Origin: Octopus sinensis
Taxonomy: Eukaryota
DNA length: 64,000 nucleotides
Assembly: GCF_006345805.1 (NCBI RefSeq)
Contig: NC_042999.1
Coordinates: 93,248,001-93,312,000, forward strand
Direction: 5' to 3'
The translations under genes and the position numbers were made by a program. The notes under the pieces are model-generated. The model saw only the letters and a list, made by a program, of their open reading frames with translations. It did not search any database and was not told the DNA's origin. Every line of letters starts with the position of its first letter. Position 1 is the first letter of the stretch. This document shows positions 27,066 through 40,800 of the stretch, piece after piece.

Positions 27066-29086
27066 TATTATTTGTATTTTCTGAGTACCCATCATTCTGC
27101 TTCCTAGCGGAAAAGTAATCTCCACTTTTGATGATAATTAATATCTTATTCTGAAGACTAATTTCTACTAGCATATGAATGTGTCTTAGCCATGTGAGTC
27201 AGTGTTAAGATGTGTTTACTGATGTTTATTTACTTCATGATGTAATATTACGGAAATATTCACTTTGATTCTTCACCTTCCAAGTGTCACTAAGATATAT
27301 ATATCCCTCAAGTGTCACTAAGACATATATAAAATCGACAGTTCACTCCCATCCTAGAATGCTTGCTTGGCTTTTCGTTCTTAATATAATTCTACGTGTC
27401 ACGTTACAACAACCTCTTCTATGAAAGGAAGATCAAAATTTTTTAACACAATAAAGCAGTATATTTTGTATGGAGTTCAATAATATAATAACATTTATAG
27501 AATGTGAAAATTTCCATGGGTCCGTTTAGTTCTTAATATTAGATTGAATTGCATCGGATTAAATGCTACACGAAATTTACTTACGTGCATTTTCCTATGC
27601 AGTCAAAATATTGACGGTCTCAACATTGCTTTTCATCCTAAGAACGATTCAATTGTTAGGTTCTATTAAATCGATAGTGCCTAGAACATTCATGTGTGGC
27701 CTTTTGCAGATTTTAAAATATACTATTGCTACTGTATCTGAGAATTATTTGGCAAATGTTATTCCAAAAAAGCTGCAAAATTGACACTCTACAATTAGAT
27801 ATATTTACCAAAGTCTAATCGGTAATTTGATCAATACTTTGCTTCTAAGACTGGCATATTCTAAGTGCACTTTATATTCTAAGTTTTGAAGATCGAATAA
27901 AGAAAAACACATATAGAAGAACAACATCAGTGAACTAATATTTCAAACAGTTTGTCCTGAATAAATCAATTGCATAAATGTGTTTGCTGTAAGAGTTGTA
28001 GATTATAATACGATAGATCGCATTATCATTGCTGTAGGATATATAATAAAGGAACTAAAAGTAAGGCATTATGTGATATTTTGTTTTCCAAAGTTAAGCT
28101 TTAGTAAGTCTATTTTTATGGAATCAAACTCGCGTGAAAGAGAACACTAATATACACACGCATGTATAGGAATATGTGTTGTACAATAGCTCTTACGTGC
28201 ATTTTCAAAGAAATTCTTTAGAAATACTCGCTAGATAGATAGATAGTTAATGCTGGTACTATTTAGTATACTGTCGCTTTAGTGGCGTCTATAAATTTGC
28301 TTTTAGGTTGTTAAATTGCTAACAAGACACCCATATTATCTGTAGTATATACACATATACATATATGCATATATGTCTGCGTGTATGTTGCGTAAGTATG
28401 TCTGTGTGTGTGTATGCTGCGTACGTGTATATACAGATATATACATACGTGTGTGTGTATGTGTGTCTGTGTATTTTTCTGCGCGTGTGTACAATTTTAT
28501 AGGATTCAAATTTATGTGTTTGTATGTATAATTATGCAGCAAAGTCGCAGAATCGTTAGAGCAACGGACAAAATGCCAGGCATTAGTTCTGTTTCACAAA
28601 GTTCTAATTTCAAATTTCAGACTTGCCTTTAAACCTATCGAGGTCAAGAAAATAAAGTATTTGTAAATTATGGGCCCGATTTCTTCTTATTGTCCCTCCC
28701 CTCAATAGTTCTGGCTGTATACCAAAATTACAATCCCTATCGAATAGTTATAATTATTTTGTATAGGAATTCGCTTTGTTATATAAGGGGCATACTTTGT
28801 GAAGCAGTACTCTACAGGCCTTATTCATGATTAGAGATGATATACCGTAGGGAAAAAAGAGACGATTCAGGTAACTCAGAATAAGTTAAGTTTATTATAT
28901 TTTCAATTTTGAAAGCTTTTTAAAGAGAATCACATCATGTTGACAATGTTTTCTTGGGATGTGGACAGTACTTAGAACTTTTTTACTCTTTTACTTGTTT
29001 CAGTCATGTTGGGGGTACAAACACAAACACACACACACACACGTACGCACACACACACACACATACACACACATACATACATACAT

Positions 29087-29151
<65 letters not shown>

Positions 29152-29842
29152 CATATATACGATGGGCTTCTTTCAGTTGCAGAACATTTCTATTTTTTTT
29201 TAGTTTTGATACTTCGGGGTTCCCTGGTACTTGGCCATGATGTTCCGATAATCACTGGTGTAATGTCGTTTTAGATGTCATCGTTTTGAGACCGCTATTG
29301 AAAGTGCTTGTATTAAGTTAACTTTTTCAAATGCTTTGAAAGAAGGATTGCAGATTATTGGGGTTGGAATGTCTATGAGAAAGCATGCTTTCTCAATTGT
29401 GCAAACGATATTTGGTCTATCTGCCTGATTAGCAAAATTGTTTGAATACAAATATCCTAAAGAACAGCAATAATTTTAGTTTCTACCACTTTGTTAGGTT
29501 ATCATCATCACCTCATCATTGGTATTTTGCAGCAAGCTTGTACGGCGACAGTCGCCTCTTTCTAGAATTATTGAGAAGACTAGAGTCTTTTGTTTTCTTT
29601 GGATCTTCTCGTTGTGTATTCTCACTCTGTGGTATAAATTTTAACTTCATCCATTCAACTACAGCACGAAGATAGTGGTAGCAATATCCATTCCTGTAAC
29701 AAGTATTTTCTTTTATAATAAATGCAAGGTGTATTTGATTTTGCTCTCAGTTTCAGTTTTTACAGGTATCTAATATATCAAAGGTGATGCATATATACAT
29801 ATATACATACATACAATATATATAAATATATAAATATATATA

Positions 29843-30090
29843 TATATAGAAAATAGTAAAAAGTGAAAAAAACTACAGAAGGCTTAAAGGTTAAAAAAAT
29901 ATATATATTTGCGTCAATATGTCGTAAGAAATTTGAAAAGCTAAACGCGAAAGCGGTCCTTCTTCTAAACTATGTCATTGTAAGGAAAAGAAAATTTTTA
30001 ATATTCTTCAGACATATTGACGCAAATATATATATTTTTTAACCTTTAAGCCTTCTGTAGTTTTTTCACTTTTTACTATTTTCTATATAT
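29843..30090. repeat. Fold-back palindrome (about 80-bp arms, 87-nt spacer)
   Basis: 29843-29923 versus 30011-30090 are reverse complements that differ only in A-run length; flanked by (TA)-rich sequence. Confidence 0.9.
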
Positions 30091-30120
30091 TCAACCACGT
30101 GCTTTCACAAACCAACTTTC

Positions 30121-30237
<117 letters not shown>

Positions 30238-30394
30238 TATATATATACATATATGTATACACACGCACATATATACGTCAAAAGCTTCTATATTTTTATG
30301 TTTTTGTAATTATTATTAGTGTTGCTTAATATGTTTTGCTACCATTGCTGTTTCTGTCCAGATATCACCAAAAAAAGTTTATTAAAATTCATTA

Positions 30395-31357
30395 AAATGA
30401 CATCTATCGGACTTTCAAAGTGATCAAATTGTTGGTGCTCCTACAGAAGGTGCTAGCATAACGAAAACAGCCGAAATGTTTGGTTTATCAAGAAGTACTG
30501 TCTCAAAAGAAATGACAGCCTGTGAGAGAGAAGGAAAGACCCCCTCGTCGAAACAAAACTACGGAAGAATACTGAAACTTTCAGACAGGGACCACGCGAA
30601 TCTTTAGAAAGGATCACTGAAGTACAATTCCTAAAATTACTGTAGAGCTTAATGACCACCTCGAGAACCCAGTTTCCACAAAAACTGTTCGCCGGGAGCC
30701 GCAGAAAGCCGGATTTCACAGGTGAGCTGCAATCACAAAACCACTACTTTCATAAACACACGTTGCAAAGCGTGTAGAGTGGCGTAAAAATCTACAGAAT
30801 TGGTCCCTAGAGCAGTGAAAAATGTTATTGTCTCGGACCAGTAATTTCTTTACCTTATTTCCGACTACCGGCCGTGTATACATGTGGAGACAGCCAAAAG
30901 AAGTATTTGACTCAGCATGCCTTCTTCCAACTGTTAAACATTGAGGAAATATATATATATATGATGATCTGGTGTTGGTGGTGGGTTATATCTTTGAAAT
31001 CTCCCGGCCCAATGGTTTTCCTTCATGGCAAATTAATAGTCAAGACTATTTCAGCATTTTATCTGATTAAATTCATCCTATGTTTGTGGAACTGTCTCCG
31101 GAGGAAAACGCAATCTTCCAGGATGATAATGAACCAATATTCACACTGATAAACTTGTTACTGAATTGCACGAGGAACATTCTAGTGACGTTGAACATCT
31201 TACCTGGCTACCACAATCCCCAGATCTCAAGATTATTGAACATTTGTGGAGCATTTTAGAAAAACAAGTAAGTATTCACTATCCTCCACCATCATCACTA
31301 CAAGAACTGGAAACTGTTTTAGCTGAAGAATGGACAAAAATTCCTTTGGAATCTACA
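30395..31357 (+). mobile_element. Decayed Tc1-type transposase
   Basis: Broken frames: SDFQSDQIVGA...SITKTAEMFGLSRSTVSK (paired-like HTH) and HLTWLPQSPDLKIIEHLWSILEKQV...SSLQELETVLAEEWTKIP (WPxQSPDLNPIE motif). Confidence 0.88.
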
Positions 31358-31365
31358 TGAGTGCA

Positions 31366-33488
31366 GGTCAAAAGCCCCTACGACAAAAGCACCTGCGACA
31401 AAAGCCCCAAGGTTACATTTTTCGGTTATTTTTCACATTTTACTTGTTTCATTCATTAGACTGTGGCCTTGAAGAATTTTTAGCTGAATGTATCGACTCG
31501 AGAATTTTTTTTTATTTCTATTTGTTGTAGTTATTAGACTGCGGCCATGCTGGGGTAGCATCTTGAAGAATTGTTAGTTGAATGTATCGACGCCAGAATT
31601 TTACTTATTTTTCTTGCTGTAATTATAAGACAGCGGCCATACTAGAATATTTAGTCGCAGAAAAATCAGCATTTTATAATTTATGATTTAAAGTCTTTTG
31701 CTTTCTTCGGATCTTATCGGCTTGGCTGCCAGCATTTCAAATATTAAAGTTAACCAAAAATTTTAAAATTTGGCACAATAATACAGTTACTCAAACTGAA
31801 TTGCTGGAGTTCTTTCTTTTTTTTCCTAGAAACGTATTTTTAAAATGTTACAGAGGTTTAAATTTTGATTATTTTCACCCAGACAAGAAACAGGACTTTG
31901 AAGTTGTCATTTTGTGCGTGACTGCACATTTCGTCAACATCCTGAAAATAGCACGTGTTTTCAATATTTGTAAACAACATGTGTTATGTCTCCGGTAATT
32001 TTCATTCATGTAAATAAATGTTTATGTTAATTTAGAAGATTCATCCAAAAGATCTTATTTTGCTGTTAATTTTAGCACACCTCACAACCACCTCAAAGCT
32101 CAATGACAAAAAGAAACGAGTAAACAAACATTTACACATTCAATATACATTTAAGGCAAAGTCGATGAACAACACGTTACATGCGATAAACACATTACAA
32201 TACAAATATTTTTAATTACAATTTAAATATGCTTGAAAACAAATATTTAAACTGTCAATATGCATTTAATGCAAATGCAATGAATAACACGTTACTGCGA
32301 TAAACACATTACAATATAAATATTTTTAATTACAATTTAAATATGCTTAAAAAACAAATATTTAAACAGTCAATATGCATTTAATGCAAATGCAAGGAAT
32401 AACACGTTACATGAAATGCTAGCGGCCAAACCGATAAGATCAGGTACGACACAGTATCCTGCTCTGTTTTCAATTTTTCCATAATAGAAGCGAATTGCTG
32501 GAGCTTAATGCCATAAATCAGAACACAGAACACAGTGTCAAATTTGTCAACATGTGCATCCTCGCAGATAAAAGACTTTTCAAAGACTGTTAATATGGCA
32601 ACAGACAAACGAGTTCTATGTCCCGCTTCTTACAATTGAAACAGGAATAAATGTCTCTGTGGCTTACGATTGGCTAAAATAACGAGAATTTCCAGTCTTT
32701 AATTACAAATAACACTTTATTTATTGATTTATAGCGAAAATTACTTGCACGCCATTAATTAGCCTATAGATTACCCTGAATATGAAACCAATGCGAAAAG
32801 AATTAATGTGGGCAGCAAAACCGACAAGGTCCTTTTCTTCTCTCAGCACTTACAGATTAATGAGAATGAACTGACCTTCTAAACTTTCTCGGGCCGTTGA
32901 AGGACTAACAGAATTATGGCGCCGAAGGGCTAACAGAATTATGGCGATTGAAAATATTTTGTTTACTGAACAATTGGAATGTTGGAGAATAAAATTTTTC
33001 TTTTTTTAACAACCGCAATTTCCGTTTTTGCTTACGTAAAATAATGAAAGAAAATTTTTTTAAGGTTTAGCTGTTATTTCTAGTATGTGGAAAGAGCTTC
33101 TATTCTTAACTTTATGTGCTGATTGAAAATCACTGAAAGAAGATTCTAAGATCGACTGAAAAAAGTAAAAAGATTTTAGAAAATTAAAAAAAAAAATCGA
33201 AGAACCCAAAAATATAACCAAGGAGGTTATAAATAATTTTGAAGAGAATTGGCTGTTATGTCTAGCATTTACAGAGACATTCTAGGCTTAACTACATGCG
33301 CTGGCTGGAAATCATTAAAAACAATTCTGGGGCGATGCATTCGTCTAAGATTTCCTCAAGATGGTGTCCCAGTATGGCCACAGTCTAATGACTGCAACAA
33401 GTGAAATGAAAAAAACCGTAAAATATATGGGGCTTTTGTCCGAGGGGCTTTTGTCGCTGTGGCTTTTGTCATACGAGGTATTTTGTCC
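31366..33488. mobile_element. Putative non-autonomous DNA transposon with inverted arrays of GACAAAAGC at both ends
   Basis: Three motifs at 31367, 31382 and 31397, and four inverted motifs at 33432, 33447, 33462 and 33479, mostly on a 15-bp pitch. Confidence 0.6.
32171..32413. repeat. 115-bp tandem duplication
   Basis: aacacgttac at 32171, 32286 and 32401; the units are near-identical. Confidence 0.92.
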
Positions 33489-33814
33489 TAGGAGTCTGAT
33501 TATCCGGATCCCGCCCTGCATATCTGTGTTTGCCTTAGAATATTGATATCTGGGTGTGTGTGATTACACACAAAAAATATAGATGTTTGTGTATGTCCCC
33601 GTATAAGCAGACACACACACACACAAACATGTAAATTGTGGTATGAAGGAGATATTAGGAAAAAGAATTGAGACTTTCTTACCTGTCGATTTGGAGAGAA
33701 CGTTCTGTCAACACCCATTGAATAAGACCGGAGTTCAATTTGCTCGACTAAAATTGGCTACAGTGAAATGGCTGAAACATGTAAAAGAGCATATGTGTGT
33801 GTGTGTATATATAT

Positions 33815-33855
<41 letters not shown>

Positions 33856-33890
33856 CTTCTTCTTCTTCTTCTTCTTCTCCTTCTCCTTCT

Positions 33891-33937
<47 letters not shown>

Positions 33938-33960
33938 TTCTTCTTCTTCTTCTTCCCCTT
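33815..33960. repeat. (GTT)n(CTT)n trinucleotide tract
   Basis: Directly visible; source of the poly-L/V/R/S/F ORFs in the track. Confidence 0.97.
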
Positions 33961-35715
33961 CTACTTCCTAACTTTATCACTAATGCTTTTTAGTATAACA
34001 CCTACGCAAATTATATAAACAAACCTTTCAATAGAAATATTCTCATGAATTGAACAGCAACTGCTAGCCGCCACTGACCACTCAAAATACGACGATCAAG
34101 GCACTCCCAAATTCTTCGCCCCTTCCCCTCCCCATCCTCCTCCTCCTCCTTCTTGTTCTTCTTGTTCTTGTTCTTCTTCTTCTTTTTCTCTTCTTCTTCT
34201 TCCCTATCAAGAATTCACAACGACCTCGAACCCACAAGTGTAAACAAGAGAGACAGAGAAAGGCAGAAACAAGGAAAATGCCACTTATATTTGAACACTA
34301 CAAATATTCTTTTAAAAAAACTTTTCTTTTAATTTTTCTAAATTTAAATATTTAATCGTTACAGTTGAAAAGGTCTCAAATGACTGAAACCGGTACTGAA
34401 ATATTCTTTATAAAATTATTTTAGCATTTTCTATCTTGACTTGTTTTTTCATATATATATACACACTTGTATATGAGGGTGTGCTTGTAGCAAAATGCCG
34501 CTAAATATGTCAGCCCACTCAGGTGTAACTAACTGTAAACTGGACGCACAGCAGGGCGACTGATATCTTTTGTTCGTCTGCTTCTAATAAGACCATCTTA
34601 GTTGCTTATAACCGTATTGAATGACATCTCCAAAACGACAATAGCGCAGTGTGTGTGTGTGTGTGTGTACGACTTATAGATGTGTTTATGTCAAAATGTG
34701 TGTAGTTATCTTCGTTTTACCTTCTGAGTCTTATCCTTTCTCATTAAAAAAGATTATTACTTTACTCTCTCATGTATTCGCTATGAACTGTAACCAGACC
34801 GGTTGTAACCCAGAAATTGTAGCCATCCCTTAACATTGTAGCCAGTAATCTATTGGTAACAATAACATGCCAAGCGAAACCGAGTATATTTAGCAAAGTA
34901 TCTTATTTAAAACAACACATTGGAACTGATGTATTCTTCGCTGGAGGATGCAACACAACCAAATGTTCATTATCCCACACGTATGGGACTCAAGCAGGAT
35001 GCGGTGAACCGACCATTTTGATCAATAAAAATACTTGCGAAATCCATTTTCCGTTTTCCCCATATGTCTGTGTGTTTCCCGATATATAAGATATAAGTAT
35101 GCATATATACACACACGCGCATTCCTGACTGGTGTTCGGCCAGACTTGACCATTCTTGGTTGGACTTCTGTCCGTGCAACATCTATATTCCTTCCTATGC
35201 TTGTTAAATCCTATGTCCCTGCCGTAAGGCTTTACTTCCACACACGCCAGCTAAATTTTATTCGTGCTTAGTCGAAAGAAACCTGTTGTTATGTCATGTT
35301 ATTTGTATTTATGTAACATTTCTCTGTTTTTTTCCCGCCTTTGCTTTCGTATACATTCGCTGCTATCTTCCAAGGAATGTAATGCTCTTAGGTTATTTTT
35401 TTCTTGGGACTGGCCAGATTGGAGCAATCTCGAGTATAATCATCCGGAATTGCAAAGATAATCTGGAACGCGAATGAGGATAGAAAACTCCGAATAATCC
35501 ATCCTTATTTTCCTTGTATCGTCTGTCTGGATATTTTGTTGTCCCATTTTGTTTCTCCTAACTCTCTGGATGTTTTACGTTCTTGACGTATTTGTATATA
35601 TATATATATATTTATAGTTAATCCAAATAAGAAAGCACAAAAAAACACAACAACGCGAGGACGTGGAACATATATAGTATTATTGGACGCCCAGGAAAGA
35701 AGGATAGAAGGAGGG

Positions 35716-35748
35716 TTTAACGTTTCGAGCGGAGCTCTTCGTCGGAAA
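35716..35748 (-). ncRNA. Minimal type I hammerhead-like motif (CCGACGA core) within a repeat
   Basis: RNA reads UUU CCGACGA A GAGC-UCC-GCUC GAA ACGU U AAA. Stems I (3 bp) and II (4 bp) pair, and stem III is the palindrome ACGU. Confidence 0.6.
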
Positions 35749-35859
35749 AATAGGAGAAGGAAAGATCCAGAGAAGAGAAGACAGAGGAAAAAAATCGCCA
35801 ACGGTACAAACGCGGTCACATACATATATATATATATATTTCTTTATATTATTTTCTAT

Positions 35860-36230
35860 TCTAGGCACAAGGTCCGAAATATGGGGAGAGGGGGCCAGTT
35901 GATTAGATCGACCCCAGTACTCAACTGGTACTTAATTTATCGACCCTGAATGGATGAAAAGCGAAGTCGACCTCAACGGAATTTGAACTCAGAATGTAAA
36001 GACAGGAAGTCTTTACTACCCACAAGGGGCTAAACACAGAGGGGACAAACAAGGACAGACAAACGGATTAAGTCGATTACATTGACCCTAGAGCGTAACT
36101 GGTACTTAATTTATCGACCCCTGAAAGGATGAAAGGCAAAGTCGACCTCGGCGAAATTTGAACTCAGAATGTAACGGCAGACAAAATACCGCTAAGCATT
36201 TCGCCCGGCGTCCTAACGTTTCTGCCAGCC
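35860..36230 (-). mobile_element. SINE (family of 7814-8561) with two tandem body units
   Basis: gaatttgaactcagaatgtaa occurs twice (about 35979 and about 36155); one head at the right end. Confidence 0.85.
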
Positions 36231-36413
36231 CGTATATTTCTTTATACTATAAATACAATTGGAGAAATGCAGAAATATATACGTCAATAAAGCGACAATG
36301 AGCATTAATCACCACCAATATAGCTAGAACTAAGAGTCAAAGCAACTCATTTGTTATTGAAGCGCTATCGCAATGACTGACAAGGGATGCAAGCTCCCTA
36401 CGGAGACTTTATA

Positions 36414-36471
36414 CCCAGATCATTGATGATTTCGCATTTTGGTGCGCCCGCATCTTAATGCTCGTCGTGGC
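36414..36471 (-). ncRNA. Hammerhead-like motif, left member of a divergent pair
   Basis: GCCA CGACGA GCAUU..AAUGC GAA AUCAUCAAUGAU C UGGG; the core is one nucleotide short. Confidence 0.55.
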
Positions 36472-36650
36472 TCTTACCACACCAAGATTTAAACTTAAGA
36501 TAGTGCTTTGGAGGTTATTGAGTTGTTTTGATTTATATTTTTTGCAATACTAGTGCCCTTTATGACTTTAGTGAAGTATCGGGAAATGAGCGTATGATTA
36601 CAACGGAAATCTTATATGGCTAGCTGAATTTAACCAAAGGGTTGGTAAGA

Positions 36651-36709
36651 GCCACCGATGAGCATTGAGATGCGTGAGAATCAAACTGCGAAATCATCGA
36701 TGACCTGAC
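36651..36709 (+). ncRNA. Hammerhead-like motif, right member of the pair (CCGAUGA core)
   Basis: GCCA CCGAUGA GCA-UUGA..UCAA-ac-UGC GAA AUCAUCGAUGAC C UGAC; U16.1 is mutated to C. Confidence 0.6.
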
Positions 36710-39700
36710 TATATCTCCTTTCATAGGGCGCTTACCTCCGTTGTCACTCATTAAGATAGTGCTTCTGCGGCTATTGAGTTGTTTTGACTTTTATTTGTAG
36801 CAATACTGGTACTGATTAGTACCCTTTGTCACTTTAACGACTTATACATATTACTGCATATACATCTATGTGTGTGTGTGCTTGTATGTGTATATGTTTT
36901 TGATTTGAGCTTTATTGAAGCTCTGAATAGAATCCCCGCTGTTCGTAGATACATGGCTGAGTTATGTTGATTGCGCTCTCGATGAACACACCCAAGTGAG
37001 AGAATCCATTCATGTAAAGAATCTCAGATGGAGAATATATGGAACATCTTGCAAGTCTTCACTGTACCGCTAATAGATTGCTTTAAAGAATCCGCATCAA
37101 TTTCATTTGATCTTTTTTCGAAAAACCTCGCATTTGTAAGTTGTGTAAATTTGTAGGTACATAGCCGAATGCATGTCTCGTGACATGTATGCATGTATGT
37201 ATGTGTGTGCGTATGTATGTATGTATGTATGTATGTATGTATGTATGTATGTATGTATGTATGTATGTATGTGTGTGTGTATGTATGCATGCATGTTTTA
37301 TGTATGGATACATCTCCGCTCAAATGTGAAGAACGGCACACTATAATAATGACTTCAATTGAGGCTAATTTTTTCTCTAAATTAGATATATATGACATAC
37401 AGTATTCAGTTTTGCTGTCCCCAACATATATAAACAAATCTGTGTGTGTATGTATATATATGTGTGCGTGTGTGTATGTGTGTACACGCACAAGCGTGTG
37501 TATGTATGTGTGTGTGCATGTGTGCGTGTGTGTATTTCTTAGTGTGTGCGTGCGTGTGTTAAATTCTGATGTGATGTGTTTAATGTAGTAGTGCATGCAA
37601 CTCTCTTAGTACAGCTTAGTGACTTTGGCCCCATGTGGTGAGAAGCAGAGAGATATTAATTTGTGGGTTGCACTGGCATTATTGAGCCTGTCTATAAGAA
37701 ATGCTGCTGTCTGGCCGCCTCGCACCTGTTTTGTGTGCATGCTTTAGTGTCCCACGTTAATTTACGTTGATTCACATTACAGTATTGTGTCATAAGGGTC
37801 CGATCTATAGCTTACAGCTGAGTCACAATACGCAGGCGGACATTGTATTTTTGTCTACCCGAGTATTTATGCAGCGAGACATTATGATCCTGTGCGCGTC
37901 AGACCAGAAACACAAAGTCTAGTGAAGCTCACAATGAGAGAAGTCAAGTAGTCAAACACATGGTGGTATTCAGCAGAGTATATCGACGGCAGCATTTTGT
38001 AGCACAAATATATTTGGCAGAAGGAATTGGTCGGGAACTGTCTCTGGCAGATCTCTGCTCTAATAACAGATCAACTGCTCTAATTGTCACGATAAAAGTG
38101 TGCTAAGATCTATGTAGAAAAATGTCACTAATCTCTCATGCACTCAACTAAGTTCGCCTAAAGGAAGCCATGCTTTGCAGGACATTCCATATGAAAGCAG
38201 ATATTTCTTGTTTTGGCAATTCGAAGATCCCACCTTTCCGCTAAATTGATCTTTAGTCAGTGCACGTAAGCGTTACCATGGAGGAATTCAATGATATTTG
38301 CCTTCTTCGATAGAGCTCTATTGATAACGTTGGGTCGGGGGAAATATTTGCCGGGAAAGATTTCCTCATCGTGCACATTATCATCGTGGTATCAGTAAAC
38401 CTATAAATATAAGTACGTTAAGAAAAAGTAGATTGTGGTGAGACATTACTTATTATTAATAACTACTGATAAAACTGCAAAAAGACGATGTTTCACGTAA
38501 TTGTGTACGAATGCAGTGACTTTGTCATCTGATCTTTGAAAAAGAGATTTTTTATTAAACAATTGACATGACATTAACTATTGTATCTAATAGTAATTGT
38601 GTCGTCCAGCTGGATGTTATTGATGCAAAACGGAAGCGCAGTAAAATCTGGGACAAAAAATCAACGTCCATGATGTTCGGAAAAGAAACAACAATAGCAT
38701 CTGTCGTTTTTGTCTATATTCAGGGCATGGTGATTATTGACGGTATCTTTCTGAAGAATTATTACAAGTTGACATTGATATTTTCAACTTCATGCACTGA
38801 TATCTTATCGAATAAATTCCGGATTGATGTTAAGCCAAAACTTTATGTTGTACTCAAGCGTGTAAAAAACGTTACTAATTGTTAGACAGATGAGTGAACA
38901 GTGTTAAAAAAAGCTTACATTGTAACACTAAGCCGTATTGAGTCGAATGAACATCAATTATCAAGAAGCCTTCTGCAAGCACTGCATTCCCTGCATTGTA
39001 AAGACCTCCGGCATTTTCTTCTAACACAATCAAAATTTTTTCAAGCAGCTGGAATGAAAGATGATGCTGTGGAAGGCATCAGATCCAAAGACTAGAGAAG
39101 CAGACTGTCGTGATAAAAATATAATCATTATCGACGAGCTCCTCATAGATATTTCCGAGGCTCATAGAGCGAATCTGAGCATTCCTTAATTACAAGCTCT
39201 AACAAAGCAGATGCGTGCCATTGCAATACGCCATATATCTAGAATAATTAACAAGATCAGGATATTCAGATTCATGCAGACAGATTTCATACGGAGAGTA
39301 GTCTGAAATGGAACGTACGACCAGAATCAAGCGTGAAATTAGGGAGGTCTATATGTTCTGCAGCTGGCCATACACCAAAGTCAGTTTAGGTTAATCAGCA
39401 TGCTATGCGGTTCATTATACAATTAATTCATGTCTGATTGAATAAGACTTTGTCGGTTGCAGACAAAGAAAAGAACGAAGAAATTAGCTTTGCTGTTTCA
39501 CACATATAAGTTCAAACAAATGCGTTGACTTCTAAACCCTTCAAAGATTCACTTTAAATACACGTTTACTTATATATGCACGCTGAAATACAAAAACAAA
39601 GCATAAACATAAGTAAAAAACATATCACCATAAAAATACTTATCCAGACGTAGTATACAATATTCTAAATAGATATTTGAACATGTCCGTCATCATTCTA

Positions 39701-40679
39701 CTCATCTACTAACACATTTTGAAATATGTGGGGGTTTTTTCTCTCTTTTATTATAAGAGACCTATTTTACTGAACACTTTGGTGGAATTCAGACCGGTTA
39801 ATATAATAATACTTCTCACTACTTGGATTCTATATCGGTGAAAATGGCCAACTGAAATAGCAACAACAGAACTAATCTATAATTTTTCGAAGACATCATA
39901 AACATTCCAATAATTTTGTATGATCTTCAATAAGTACGAGACAATCATTCACTTTGCTAGCAAATCTGTTGGTATCTAAACATCATCAGATCTGAACAGC
40001 TGCGACAAAAGGCAATTTGTTGAAATACATTGACTGAAACGACGTAAAATATCTGAAAAGTCAACGATGACAACTGACATTTCAATTTCTGACAGATCAA
40101 TTGATTTTTCCGAACACATCCTATACCAATTATTAGTGAACATAGAATAGCGACGCAAATTTAAGCCCTCGCCATAAGACACCAGCATCACCATAAAAAT
40201 TACTACGCCACCCCCACACCACCACCAACAGCCGCGGCTCATCTTGCTTATAAGTCCAGAGATAAACAATCTGACCAGGTTAACTTCAGAATATTTACAA
40301 TTTAAAGCCCCCTACAATTCCATTTTGCAAGGAATTAAACAAAATTTCTAAGTCTTTATTTCTTAAAAAAAAAACATAACTTTTATTGGCAAGAATGGAG
40401 TGTATAATAATTTCTCTAGAATTACAAGCATCAATAATATCGCTAGTTATTATATAAGGACATGCAATAATAACAGTTAAGCAATATGTACATACAATTA
40501 TTATTAAGTTAAAATAAGATGAGTATATAACCCTTATATGCTACAGACGTCCATAATTGTAGTAGATGTAATAGAATTACAATGTAAACAGTTTGAAGAT
40601 TACAAAAACATAGCAACATTTACATCATAGAATATATGTAGGAAAATAATCAAACCACACACAAACTTGGATCGCATGA

Positions 40680-40800
40680 ATAATGCTTTCGACCCTGAAA
40701 GATTGAAAGGCAAAGTCGATCTTCACGGAATTTGAACTCAGAACGTAGCGGCAGACGAAATATCGCTAAGCATTTCACCTGGCGTGCTAACGATGCTGCC
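40680..40800 (-). mobile_element. SINE 5' fragment (family of 7814-8561)
   Basis: gaatttgaactcagaacgtagcggcagacgaaatatcgctaagcatttcacctggcgtgctaacg. Confidence 0.8.

Noticed and set aside
29924-29970. UUGAAAA GC..GC GAAA GCGG UC as a U3/A8 compensated HHR
   Set aside because: Stem II is only 2 bp and stem I has three mismatches; too weak to call.
33643-34018. Poly-L/V/R/S/F ORFs; likewise the poly-N/L ORFs at 52222-52642
   Set aside because: They come from trinucleotide repeats.
37650-39400. Possible CR1-group LINE relic on the minus strand
   Set aside because: Only vague motif resemblance (QLVTFFTR); not enough to support a call.
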